Below, piece after piece: positions 16,550 to 28,600 of a stretch of DNA of 64,000 nt; position 1 is the stretch's first letter; every line of letters begins with the position of its first letter. The notes under the pieces are model-generated. The model did not search any database. It saw only the letters and a list, made by a program, of their open reading frames with translations, and was not told the origin of the DNA. This DNA is from Candidatus Margulisiibacteriota bacterium (GTDB lineage Bacteria > Margulisbacteria > WOR-1 > O2-12-FULL-45-9 > XYB2-FULL-48-7): positions 291,221-355,220 of the forward strand of contig JBAZTH010000001.1 of NCBI GenBank assembly GCA_041661965.1, in the 5' to 3' direction. The translations under genes were made by a program, and so were the position numbers.

Positions 16550-17940
16550 TTGCGATCAAACAGGTGTGGTCGAAAAGGAAAATCATTGAAGGGATAAGGC
16601 TTTTATTTGTTGAACATGGGACGATAACTCCCCGTGAAATACGAAGAGATTATGCTCGTTTATATAATGCCACCCAGAAGCGTATTTATTTTGGCGGCTG
16701 GCTGAAAGCGGTTGAAGCTGCGGGCTACGCGGATAAATACGAAAGGATCCTGGATAAAGCACGCAGGCAAGCTTTAAATCGGCGGAAAAATACTAGGGAC
16801 AAGTGGAGTAAGGAAATAATTCAGGAGAAAATCCGCGAGATTCATGCTACCGGACAGTCATTGTATGGCAAATACATCAAAAAGTCTCATTATAATTTAT
16901 TGCATGCGGCTCACAGTAAGTTGTACTTTGGAAGTTGGAAAGCGGCGGTTGAATCAATAGGAGTTAATTACAGCAAATATGAGCGAGGATATCGCAAAAA
17001 GAAAAAAAGATTTGTCTATGTTATCAATGACCGAAAATACCGCGAGTTTCTTAAGGCTTGGCAGAAACAACTTGTTTTACATAATTATCATCGGGTCACG
17101 ATAATTAAAAAGCTGAGAGACGCGCAGAAATTTATTGGATTCTTTGTGAATAAACGTCAAATAAAGTCGTTGGCCGAACCCGATGTTAGAAAGTATTTAT
17201 GCTCAAAAGAGATCAAGCGATTGTCGGCTAATACTGTGGGGGGTACCATTCTTTCTCTCCGTCAATTTATGGAATTTTGCGTCAAAAACGGAGTGGCCAA
17301 AAACAATCCGTTTGATGAGATCGAACGCCCCCAATATAAACTTAGTGGCTCTGCAGCGTTAAGTGAACAGGAATTGGCGCGTTTTGTCGGTGCAATTGAA
17401 GAATTGCCTTTTAATGAATTGCTGAGAATACGGGGACGATTAATGATTGAGTTGATCGTATATTGTGGTTTAAGACAGCAGGAAGTGACCTCGCTAAAAC
17501 GGCAAGACATTGATCTGGTTGAAATGACTTTGAAAGTGGAGCAGGGGAAGCGAAAAAAGGACCGGCTTATTCCAATAAACGAGGCGTTATCTGGAACAAT
17601 AACAAAATATCTGAAATTGAGAGGCCATAACTATGGTCGCTATTTGATAACCAATCGAATGAACAATCGACAGATTAATTCGATTGTGTTTTATAATCTA
17701 TTTCGTTTGCTTTCAATAAAAGCGGGGTTAAAGATTGTTGTTACCCCTCATCTTTTACGGACCACCTTTGCTACGATCTTATTCGATCGGGGGGCGCCCA
17801 TCAGGGCGATACAAGAGCTTATGGGGCATACATTTGTCAACACAACTGCAAGATATATTCAGGTCTCAATTGGTTACTTGAGAAAGGAGATGAGTAAGCA
17901 CCCTTTATTGGCCGCGAGCCTCGATAATAAGAAGTCATAA
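16546..17940 (+). CDS. Tyrosine recombinase, third of the trio, with a ~170-aa N-terminal extension carrying an internal duplicated motif
   Basis: C-terminal GLRQQEVTSL…PHLLRTTFATILFDRGAPIRAIQELMGHTFVNTTARYIQ. N-terminal repeats LYNATQKRIYFGGWLKAVEAAGY and LLHAAHSKLYFGSWKAAVESIGV. Confidence 0.75.
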   Translation: MIAIKQVWSKRKIIEGIRLLFVEHGTITPREIRRDYARLYNATQKRIYFGGWLKAVEAAGYADKYERILDKARRQALNRRKNTRDKWSKEIIQEKIREIHATGQSLYGKYIKKSHYNLLHAAHSKLYFGSWKAAVESIGVNYSKYERGYRKKKKRFVYVINDRKYREFLKAWQKQLVLHNYHRVTIIKKLRDAQKFIGFFVNKRQIKSLAEPDVRKYLCSKEIKRLSANTVGGTILSLRQFMEFCVKNGVAKNNPFDEIERPQYKLSGSAALSEQELARFVGAIEELPFNELLRIRGRLMIELIVYCGLRQQEVTSLKRQDIDLVEMTLKVEQGKRKKDRLIPINEALSGTITKYLKLRGHNYGRYLITNRMNNRQINSIVFYNLFRLLSIKAGLKIVVTPHLLRTTFATILFDRGAPIRAIQELMGHTFVNTTARYIQVSIGYLRKEMSKHPLLAASLDNKKS

Positions 17941-18052
17941 TGACGAAAAATCGCCACCTTACAAGAAAAATCGATTGCAATTATTGACAGAGATGGGCGA
18001 TAATACAGAGTAGTCGTTAAGTTGCTTTAAGAAATGAAAGGGAGGAAAAAAG

Positions 18053-18691
18053 ATGAAGAGAATAATTGTTGGACTTGTTATGTTTTTAGGTTTTGTTGGA
18101 GTTGCTTTCGCGGGGCCATTTTCAGGTGTTGGCGGTGACGCCGACTATTTTCCTAAAAATGGACCGATCGGTTCTTTTTTTCTGGTCCCAATGTTAAATC
18201 TTGAAAGCACCTCTGCCAGCTCTATTTATGGGCTTGAGGGGGTAATTGGTTGGAGCGATCTTTCATTCTCCATTAAATATGGAAAACAAGGCGATTCCAA
18301 CTTTACTGGCTTGGGAATAAGAAAAAAGATATTAGGTGAAGATAATATGCCATTTTCTTGTGCTTTAATTTATGATGTAGATGGAATTTTAGCGCAAAAT
18401 AGTAGTGTTAATGGTTCGTATCTTGGTGCGATTTTTAGTAAAAAAATTGATAACTTATTCCCTTATATTGCGATCCTTTCAACTACTTATTACACCTCGG
18501 CTAACGTTGGTGGGACAACTGTTTGGAATTATATTTATGGAACTGGGTTAGCTGGTGGGGTGCGTTATGACTACAGTGATAACTGGGCAATTAAGGGGGA
18601 GCTTAATTATAATATCCTCTCGACTACGGCATCGATGCCGTCGCCAAAATCAGTTATGAGTCTAATTGTAGCCGCAAGCTTTAGAAGATAA
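18053..18691 (+). CDS. Secreted β-strand-rich protein (possible small outer-membrane β-barrel), 212 aa
   Basis: Signal peptide MKRIIVGLVMFLGFVGVAFA. Alternating hydrophobic pattern. Strong RBS GGGAGGAAAAAAG upstream of the ATG. Confidence 0.5.
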   Translation: MKRIIVGLVMFLGFVGVAFAGPFSGVGGDADYFPKNGPIGSFFLVPMLNLESTSASSIYGLEGVIGWSDLSFSIKYGKQGDSNFTGLGIRKKILGEDNMPFSCALIYDVDGILAQNSSVNGSYLGAIFSKKIDNLFPYIAILSTTYYTSANVGGTTVWNYIYGTGLAGGVRYDYSDNWAIKGELNYNILSTTASMPSPKSVMSLIVAASFRR

Positions 18692-18761
18692 TATTTTGAA
18701 GGCCAGATTGTAATTTGAGATGGCTCAATTGCTTAAAGCAATGAAAGGGAACGATAATTTG

Positions 18762-19664
18762 ATGACAAAAATATTTAGTAAAGGATTGCTTTTGACGGCG
18801 ATATTGATTGGGGGTGTGCTTTTTGGGGGAATGGCGATGGGAGGATGTGGAAGCTCATTAAGTTCAAGTACGAGAAGTGTTTACTGTTTTCCTGATTGGA
18901 CACCTGATGGGAAGATCCTTTGTGTAAAAGCTAAGGTTTCTACTTCTACGGGTGCGGGGTCGAATCCAAGTGTTGATTCCAGCGCGGAATATTTTATAAC
19001 AATTATGGATATCAATGGAAGTAATGAGGCGGATTTGAGGCGAATTAACTCTTATGGAGTTGCTGTTATGTCGCCATTAGGGAATTATATCGCTTATTCT
19101 GAAGGATCGAAAATAAAAGTTATAAAAGCAAATGGGGATGATTTGCATACTATTGGTCTTAATGATGGGTTTGAAGTAATTGGTCTTGATTGGGGTTCCG
19201 ATGAATCAAGTATTATTTATTATGCGGGGAAATCGCCGAATTTTGAACAAGCTGTTGTCGGCATTGATGGAGCAGGTAAGGCAATTATTTCAACAAACGG
19301 CGGATCGATTGCTTGGAGATATGGAGACAGGATTGTTATGCAAAAGCCGATTTCAACGGAAGTCAATAGAGTTGTTGCCATTGATAGGAGAACTTTAAAT
19401 GAAATATCATCTTACCCTAATGTTGTTGGAGGCAATTTCAACGTTAACAGAACAAGCACAAACGAGGTAGTGTTTTTTGGGGAAAAAATAGAAAAGTTTG
19501 ATTTAACCGCGCCAAGTATGCCCCCTGTGGTGATAATAAACAGAAGCGATATTTATGATATTAAACTATCTCCCGATGGTCAGAAAATTGTTGGAGATAA
19601 TGTTAACAAAATCGGTATTTATTTAATAAATATAGATGGCACGGGGTTTGAACAATTGAGATGA
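18762..19664 (+). CDS. Lipoprotein with PD40/TolB-like β-propeller repeats
   Basis: Lipobox AMGGC. Repeats FPDWTPDGKILCV and IKLSPDGQKIVGD. Stop overlaps the start of the giant gene (ATGA). Confidence 0.6.
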   Translation: MTKIFSKGLLLTAILIGGVLFGGMAMGGCGSSLSSSTRSVYCFPDWTPDGKILCVKAKVSTSTGAGSNPSVDSSAEYFITIMDINGSNEADLRRINSYGVAVMSPLGNYIAYSEGSKIKVIKANGDDLHTIGLNDGFEVIGLDWGSDESSIIYYAGKSPNFEQAVVGIDGAGKAIISTNGGSIAWRYGDRIVMQKPISTEVNRVVAIDRRTLNEISSYPNVVGGNFNVNRTSTNEVVFFGEKIEKFDLTAPSMPPVVIINRSDIYDIKLSPDGQKIVGDNVNKIGIYLINIDGTGFEQLR

Positions 19665-22600
19665 AAAAGCTTCTGTTAATGGTTTTTTTCTGTGTATTAA
19701 CTTTAGTGCAAGCTGCAATCTCTGACGATGCGGCTTGGATAAATCTTAATAGTAGAACAGAAGGGACCGCTACATATAAGGATTATCTTTTTATCCTTGT
19801 CCATGGCATTAATGGAAGTAGCCAACATTTTAATGGCCAGGATGATCGAGATAAGGGTTTGCGGCTTTTGCAGCAGTTGCGAGACGACCTTCATTTGGAC
19901 GGGCATATCTTTGCCTATTCATTCAGCGAGAAAAGCGGAAGCAACTTTACCAGAGTGCGCGAGTTTGCGGATAGGACTTATAATAACTCAGCTTCATATG
20001 TTGATGAGAATGGCAAGCCTGTTTCTATGGGTGGAAAATGTTGGTTGGACAAAGCAAGAGAGGATTATAAGAGATGGTATGCACGAACCCACCCCGAATA
20101 TTCAAGAGATGAAAATAAGTGGGAATCTGTTCCCGATTCAATTGTTCCCAAAAAATATATTATCCTCACTCACTCGATGGGAAACATGGCGGCAAGATTA
20201 TATATTTACTCAAAAGATTTATTGGGCGAGGATTTGTATAAGAATGACGTCGCGAAAGTTGTGTACATCGCTCCGCCATTTACGGGCAGTGATTTGGCAT
20301 ATTTAGGGATGGTGCCGCAGGGCATATTTTGGGATCTTCAATTGTGGTCTAAAGCCAATGAATATAATGTTCTGTGGGAAGCGTTGTTGAAAAACCCGAC
20401 TAATTTTGCCCTTGATCCCCGAAAGACCTACAAGATCGCCAAGGAATATGCTTATTGGACGTTGAATGGGCCAGTCATGCTGGATAATGTGACTGCTCAA
20501 ATTGGAATTAAAGGAGCTAGCTTTCAATTAAATATTAATGAGCTAATTCATACGGAAGAGAGACCAGGTGGTGCGTCATTAGTTAAAGGGTCGGGAGCTT
20601 GTTATCAGGATCCAGGATTATACGAATTAATGCCGGAGATGATGATGGGGGTCTTTTTCCCAAAACTCCTTGACGCGAAACTGGCTGACGATGGCAACGA
20701 ACCCCTCTATAGTGTGGTCTACGGACAGGGGTCCCCGCTACCTAATGTAAGAGATTCGGCAATTGGGGGGATCGTTACGCAGGGGATAAAATATTCTTTG
20801 AGTGATGTTAACCGCTCGAACCTGATTGCCGGTGTCAAAAATCTTTCCGGGACGATAACAACTACTCCTGGTGAGTGGGGAAAGGTCTTTGGCGCAGGAA
20901 AAAATGTATTTGATGAGATTTCCGACTCCGCAGAGAATGGGAAATTAAGCTTTTATAATGGGTTTATGGGTGAGCTGTTGACTGTATTTGGCTCGGGGAA
21001 TTTTGCTAAATTACCAACCGAACAGGCGAAATTCTTGGCCTTAATCCAAAGCAATCCGGCTTTTGTCTTTTCCGATGATGGGGATAGCGCGGTGCCGGTT
21101 GATAGCGCAAAGGGGCTATATCAGGGGAAATCAACACGGGCCTTGCGAAACGCCAACTTTTATCCCGTTTTACTTAAAAGTGGATTTGATGATTATTTGA
21201 AAACGCAATTCCCAGGTCAATTTGAAGTGGTTGTCGCGGCCTATTACTTAAGCACGCAATTTGTTCCGGAGCCCGCGAAGACACCGATTGCAATTGGTTG
21301 CCAATATGGGCTGTTATTGTCTTTTATGGAAAGGGTAAATGCTTTTACGCCTGAACTGCAGGCCACAACTTGGTCGCATACTAATACCATGTTAAGACAG
21401 TACGATGTAATCGAAAAAGCAATTTTAGATACAGAAGCTATTTTTACTGTTAATGATTTGCAAACGACTGCTACTAATGACGCTAACACTTTAGAGGCGA
21501 AAACGGTTAAAGTTTTTACCACAAGCGTAGTGGTGCCGAGCGGTTACCACTCTGTTCAAGTTAAAAGCGCGGTAGAAAACCGAAATCCAACCGGACTGAC
21601 TAATCTGCCGATTCCAATGACTCTCGATGGCCAACGAATGTATGTAACGCAGATGACTGTGACTAAGCCGCCAAAGCGAATCGCTGGGAAGCTTAATTAC
21701 CTCATTCCCAGGTTGATGAAACAATTCGAATATTCATTTAATTTTGCCGCCTGGAAGCCGATAACTGGTGTCGACCAAGAAACGGGAGAATTTGAATTAG
21801 ATGATCTGCCCTTTGCCGAAGGGCAAAATATACTTGCTATCCGTTCCGAGAACGGGGTTGGGATTAAATCCCACCAACTCCTTAAGATCATCCTCAATAC
21901 CATTCCGATGCAGCCGAGCCAGTTTAAGCCTCTGCCGGAATATTACGTTGCCACTGCCAATCCCGAGATCTCGGTTGAGTTCAATAAATCGGAATATACC
22001 GGGGATTACGATTCGGAGAAAATTACGATCAAAGGGATGACCTTTGACGGAGAAGAAGTAGCCCCGCAGGTTGAATCGAGCATGGAAGCCTACCACCCCT
22101 GGGCTAAAGCAAGTTATAAAGCCAATGGCTTAAGTGATGGGGAGCATAATGTTGCCGTCAGAGCGGAATCAAATGTCGGGGTTGCCCAGGGGCTCTGGAC
22201 ATTTTATGTCGATACTACCGCTCCGACGATCTCGATCGAACCCTTAGCCCCATATAGCCCGCGCGGACCAACGACGATTCGCTATACCGTTTCCGATGAA
22301 GTTTCTCCCAACCTCCGCTTTGTCCGCTGTGATCTCTACGATAAGAATGATACCCTGGTAACTACCATTGCGACCGCTGACTCTCTCTCTAAAGGCGAAA
22401 ACTATTTTACTCTTGATCCTCGATCCCTTGATGTCTCTCTTCTCGATGGCAGTTACAAAATTAAGATTAAAGCTTTTGATCTGGCCGGTAACGTTGCCGT
22501 TGCCGAAACGCCGTTAATTATTGACGCTACGCCGCCAAAGGTTGGGCCAGTCGCTTTGACCCCAAACCCCATGACCTCAAATACCAACGAATTAAAAATG

Positions 22601-25600
22601 AACGCCGAAGTTAGTGAGAAAGCGTTAGTCGTAATCAAACTTAATAACTTATCGAATAAGACGACCACAGCGTATTTGGCTCAAGCGGGAACCTCTTCCT
22701 CAACACTTACAACTTATAGCTTTCTTGCTTCTTATGCCTGGCCCTATAACAATTCTTTTGCTCCTGGGCCTGAAGATGGGATCTATCGGGTCGAAGTGAT
22801 TGCTCGTGACGAGGCCGGGAACGAAAGTGCGCCCCGTACCCTTGAAGCGGTCCGGATCGATCGTACTCCGCCAACCATTTTGGGGCAGATCGCTAATCCA
22901 TATGTTCTTACCAATATTGGCGCTAATGCTTATAAAACGACACTGACGTACAATTTAAGGGAGAATGGATTGGGAGATAAGGGGGAGGGGGTAGGGGTTA
23001 AAGTTAAGATATTTAATGCTAGTACTGGCCTGCTGGCCGATGCCTATGAAGAGGCTCCGGCATCGTTAACAGAAGAAAATAAGATCGTTTGGCATTCTGT
23101 TTCTGATCTACCGAAAGGAGCCTATAAATTCCAAATCACCGCGACCGATGATGTCGGTAATACCGCGACCGCGTATTCTTCCTGTGTCAAAGACGGGATC
23201 GCCCCTAGCCTCTCTTTCCCGGCGGAAGATGGGGCTGAAATTTCCGGGTTGGTCGCTATCCGCGGCACCGCCATGGACCCCGACTGGTCAAACGATAAAC
23301 CGTTCAAGCAGTACCGGGTTTATTTAGCCAGGGGCGATAAGTCAAAAATGGAAGCCGCGACGATCTTGTCGCAGGCTTCCGAGCTTGTTTTTTCCGCCAT
23401 CGAAGTTCCCTTGATCAATAGAGGCGGCGGCGCCTCAAACATCTCTCTCCGGCCATTGCAGAATGATGCCACTCTGGCTTATCTCAATACCAATGGGCTG
23501 GAAAATGGTGACTATACCATCCTAGTTGTAGTTGATGAAGAAAACGGCGACTCTTTAGCGGTCACACGACTAATAAAGGTTAATAATGGTTCATTTCGCG
23601 CATCAGCCATGACTGCTCCTTATGTTAAGCTCAAGCCGCTGGCTTCTACTGTAGACTTTAAAGCCGACGATTCGGTAAAACTTCAGATCGGCTTCATTAA
23701 TAGCGTCAAGTCGGCCAATGTCTATGTGGAGATTCTCAAATCGCAGGACGAAAAGCTTGTTTATTTTAAATATTTCCCCAATATTCTTGGCGCCCCCTTT
23801 ATCGGAAAACCTGATTATAAGGCGGGGACCGACCTTGGTTATTTTATCTGGAGCGACGAATCTGGCTACCATATTCGCTGGTCGGCCGATGGTTCAAGTC
23901 ATAAGTTCAGCGGTAATTTGATCGCGATGGGAGGAACAGTTAACATAACTGGTGGCAACTCTTCTGTTTCCAGTGGGAGCATGATCAGTTGGAATAAGAC
24001 ACTTTCCGGTGGTGAAGGAGGCTTCGATTTTACCGCTGATGGCGGCCAGCTGATGATCACCCCCAAGCTTGATGAGGACCCAAGTTCCCCTTCGATCTAC
24101 GCTGATAATGTTTACCTTGGGATAACCAAACAAACCCAGCAATACCTGCCGTTGGTGATTGATGTCGCCGGCCAGCGACTGGTTAGCCTTGCTGGAATGG
24201 GGCAGACTTCTTCTTCGATTGCTGGTCAGCCTCCTTCCGGGATTGACTGGGATGGTCGTTTGGATACAGGAGCTTATGTTGATAACGGGAGCTACATTGT
24301 CAAAGTGATTGCCGAAGGGGTGGATGGACAGGGACTGGCCTCTGCCGAAGCGGTGGTTAATGTGACCACGCCGTTTGAATTGAAGATTAAAGAGGCGACC
24401 AATAAAGAGTTTAGTTCTCTTTCAGTTCCTGACCGGGTTTCCATTTTTTACAATGTTTCCAAAGATGCTCTTATAACCGCGCAGGTTCAGAAAGAGAATG
24501 GCGATTTTGTTGCCAGCTTGGCCGCCGGGAAAGAGAGCCTAGGGACTCTCCCAACTAATCCCCTTTCCTTGGTTTGGACCGGGAATTATCCCGATAACGA
24601 CTCGACCCAGGTAGTGACCGGCGGCACTTATAAACTTATTCTGACTGCCGCTGCGAAAGACGGGTCCGGAAACCGCACCGAAACGATTAGTGGAATTAAA
24701 GTTGTCTCTTTTGCCAGAAATGAAGCCTTGGTTAAACTTGAACCGATTGGCGAGGAGGTTGATTATAACGATGGACTTGGCTTGAAAAAGATCCGTTTAG
24801 CAGACGGAGAATCACCGTTATATTTTGAAGCTAAGGGTTATGGCAATTACCATCCAGTAAAAGATCTTACATATACTCTGTCCGCTCAAGGGAAGCAAAA
24901 GCTGACCGCTTATCCGTATGTGTCGTTCGCCGGCCTGATGCATCGAGGGTTTAATGAAGTTGATACGAAAATAAAAGTTATATTCAAGATTCATGCTTGG
25001 AATCATTATTTGGGGGCTGAAGATTATTGGGCATTAGGTAGGTTTTGGAATCCTATGAAGTGGCGAAGGGAAACCAAGGAATGGGTTGAGGAAAAATGGA
25101 TTGCTGTTGATAGCCTTCCTAGTGGGGCTGGAGTAGGGACCGTTTTTAAAGTAGGGGATCAGGTAAAAAATTATACATTCAATTTTGACAGTTATAATTG
25201 GTGGCCCCAAAATGAAAATGATCATTATTACAATAAAGATAAATTTGGTTGCGGGATCGACGCTGTTGATGTCCAGGTTGAAGTCTACACAAAAAATTCA
25301 GGATTTATCTTGGATAAAAATGTTGATTGGCTTCTTGTAAGTCAAGAAAAGCCAACTAGCAAAGGCATATTTAGAACGGCCTATAGCGGAAGCAATGGAG
25401 AATCTCATTATGGAACCTTAGTGTCTGGCGGAAATCGATATGATAAAACATACGGCACTTATCAGGTAAATTTAACCATTAAACTTGAGGCTCCTATTGC
25501 CTATTCCCGCCTGACCAACCGTTTTGTCCCTTGGTTTGGGTTTGTCAGGGCCAATGAAGCGAAACAAAAAGATTTTTCGGAGTATTTAACCGACATCAAT

Positions 25601-28600
25601 CGTGGCTTAGGTTTTCCAGGGAAATTGTTTTTTGATGATCCTAGTGCCAAGCCTGATGTCGCTTATAAACCGAAAACCGAGATCGAAGCGGAATTGGCAG
25701 GGTTAACTTGGGAAAAACGAAGCCAAAAATTAAAAGAAATGAGCGAACAAGCCAATCTGCTTGGCTACAAAGACGCACTTGCTTCTTCAGTCGGTTATGA
25801 TAGCTATCTTTCTGACGGATACTATGAATTTGTCCCGATTACTTATCCGGATCAGGCGAATATAAGCAAATCCGGCTTTGATTATACCAATGATTCGAGC
25901 TTAGTTAAGGTCCACACCGATCTTACCTATCACGGGGACGGCAACCCCCAATCGCCTTTTGAATTCAGTTGGCCGTGGCGGGAGAGTGAATATACAGCCT
26001 TTCTGGCCACTCAGGAAACGCAGCGAAAAAGATTGGACAAGGATTACGGCGGTGAACCTCAGAATTATACTGCGCCAACGATTGATGGGACATTCTGGAC
26101 GCTTGATCCATCACAAGTCAACCAACGGAAAATCGACCAAAATAATAGCAAGGTTTCCGGCGGCCAGATTCATTACAACAAAGCGACCAGAAGAGGGGAA
26201 TGGAGCTCAACCCAGAACCCGGTAACTAGCCGGAGCGTCGATCAGATTATGCCTTTGCCCAGCTATGTTTACGATAAATCCTTCAAAGTCGAAAGCAATA
26301 CTCCAGGGATCAAGCTTATGCTCTCTTCTTCAGCTCTCAGCGCGGTAGTTAAGGCCGAAGATCAGGATATCAACGGCTTTCCTTGGACGACCGCAGATGA
26401 TACCAATCTGGCCGCTAACCGCGGCTACGTCAAGAGCCCTGCGCTGATCTTGAATCCCGATGCTTTTCGGTCCAAGCGGTTGATTAAACTTTCTTCCGCT
26501 TACCAGATTGTTGATGATTATAAATCGACTGGAGCGGCAAGATTCACTTTCCTGAAAAAACACCCGTGGGAACCGGACAACCAGGATAGCCCGGTCGATA
26601 ACCCCAATCTTGAGATCGACCGCTGGGAAGTCATAGTTAAAGATAAAAGCGGCGCGGTCAATAAAGATGTCGCCCTCGAAAATGTTACGACTGGCGCAAA
26701 GCGGTTAGACGATGCCCTTTCTCTTAAGCTGAAAATTGACGCTTCAGAAGCCCGTTATGTCGAGATTAAAGGTTCGGCTCCCGGCCCGTACGAACTCCTC
26801 TATTATGATGGTAAGAGCTGGCAGTCGATCACCCAATCGTTTGATGAGACTCCGACCAGCGGGCGCCTCGCCTGGTGGAACGTCTCTCGCTTGAACGGCG
26901 AATACACGGTTATGCTCCGTGCCGGCAGTTACATTTCAACTCAAAACGTTTCGATCGGGACCCTGATCAAAAAAGACGATGGGGGAGACGCCTGGAGCAC
27001 ATATAAACGGGCCCAGCTGAAATTCCCGCCCCATGCTTTTGGCAACCGTGATCAGCTGGCGACGGTCACTCCGGTGACCATGAAAGAGATCAAGCTCCGT
27101 AACAAGCCGATCATCCTAACCTCCGGGCCGATCGTTGAGATCAAGCCTTCCTGGAAATTTACGGTTAGCTCCCTCGAAGGGGTTGATCTGCGGCCGACTC
27201 TCCGTTTCGTTTACACTTTTGACGAATTGAAAGAACTGGGGGCTTGGAATGGCGAAGGAGAGCCTAAAAACCTCCCCTGGAACATCCATCAAGTGACCGA
27301 AGCGGGAGACCTGCAGATCGTTTCCGATAACCAGCAGACGATCGAAGAAAATAACGGTGAAAAGCATTACGTTTTCTACGCCGCGCTTGACCATTTTTCA
27401 ACTTACGCGCTTCTGCCTGGTAAATTTAAACTTTCCGCGCCGATCGTTCTGGCTGATCGTTATATTACCAATAAAAATAGCGTCACTATTTATGGTACGG
27501 CGGAACCGGGTTCGGTTTTAGGTCTTAAGGTTTCGAAAGAGCCAATCTCGGACACTTCAAAAATTAATAGCCTTGATGAGATAACGGCTGACGAGAAAGG
27601 GAATTTCCGGATTGAAAATGTTCCTCTGATTCAAGAAGGAGCCAGCTACATTTATGTGACCGCGCACCCTCAAGGGAATTCAGAGATCTTAACTTGCGGC
27701 GACGTTATGGTAACGAAAGACACAATCCCGCCAACGGTTGGCATTGCTCCAAATCTTTACGCCTTTTCGCCTAACGGCGACGGCAAATATGACAGTGTCG
27801 ATTACCTTTTGACGATGAATGAAAAAGGGAAGATATACTTAGGAGTTAAGAGCGATTCGAACGACCTAATCAATATTGACGCGCCGCTTTTGGCTGGAAA
27901 AGAGCTCAAGGTCAATTGGTCGAAAGAAGGCTTTAAACTATATCGTCGGGATAACGCGACCGGCCTTTGGACTCTTTATTCCCAGGTCCCGAATCCTTCT
28001 AATCCAATAGACGGAGGATATTCTGTGGTTGGTTACGCGATCGATGAGGCGGGGAATATTTCCGATAACATCATGGTTAAAACTATAATTGATCTCACCC
28101 CGCCAAAGGTTTTGGGCTTAACCGCCGATCCCAATCCATTCACCCCCAATGACGATGGGGTAAAGGATGCAACTAGTTTCTGGTATAAGTTTAGCGAGCC
28201 GGTGACGGTAAGCCTGGGGATATACCGCGAAGATGGCGGTCTCTTTAAGAATACTGAAGGGGAAACGGAGAAGTTTACTTATCCAACAACAGATAGGAAC
28301 CGCGACGTTCAGTCGCAGGTTCCGTCGGTTGGGCAGTGGTCCTGGGATGGCCGGGGGAATCGCAATGAACTCCTTGGCGGAAACTATTCATATTTTATTT
28401 ACGCGGAAGATTGGGTTGGCAATACTGTTTCATCGGAGGTCAAACAGATCGTTGTTGATCGGGCGCCGACCCTTATCCCGTACGTTTTTTTCGAGCCCGA
28501 TCCATTTTCCTCGGCAAAGGGGACGATCATTAAATACTATCTTGCCCAGGACGACTTGAAAGTTACTGCGGCGATTGTTGGGGAAAGGGGCAAGGTTATT

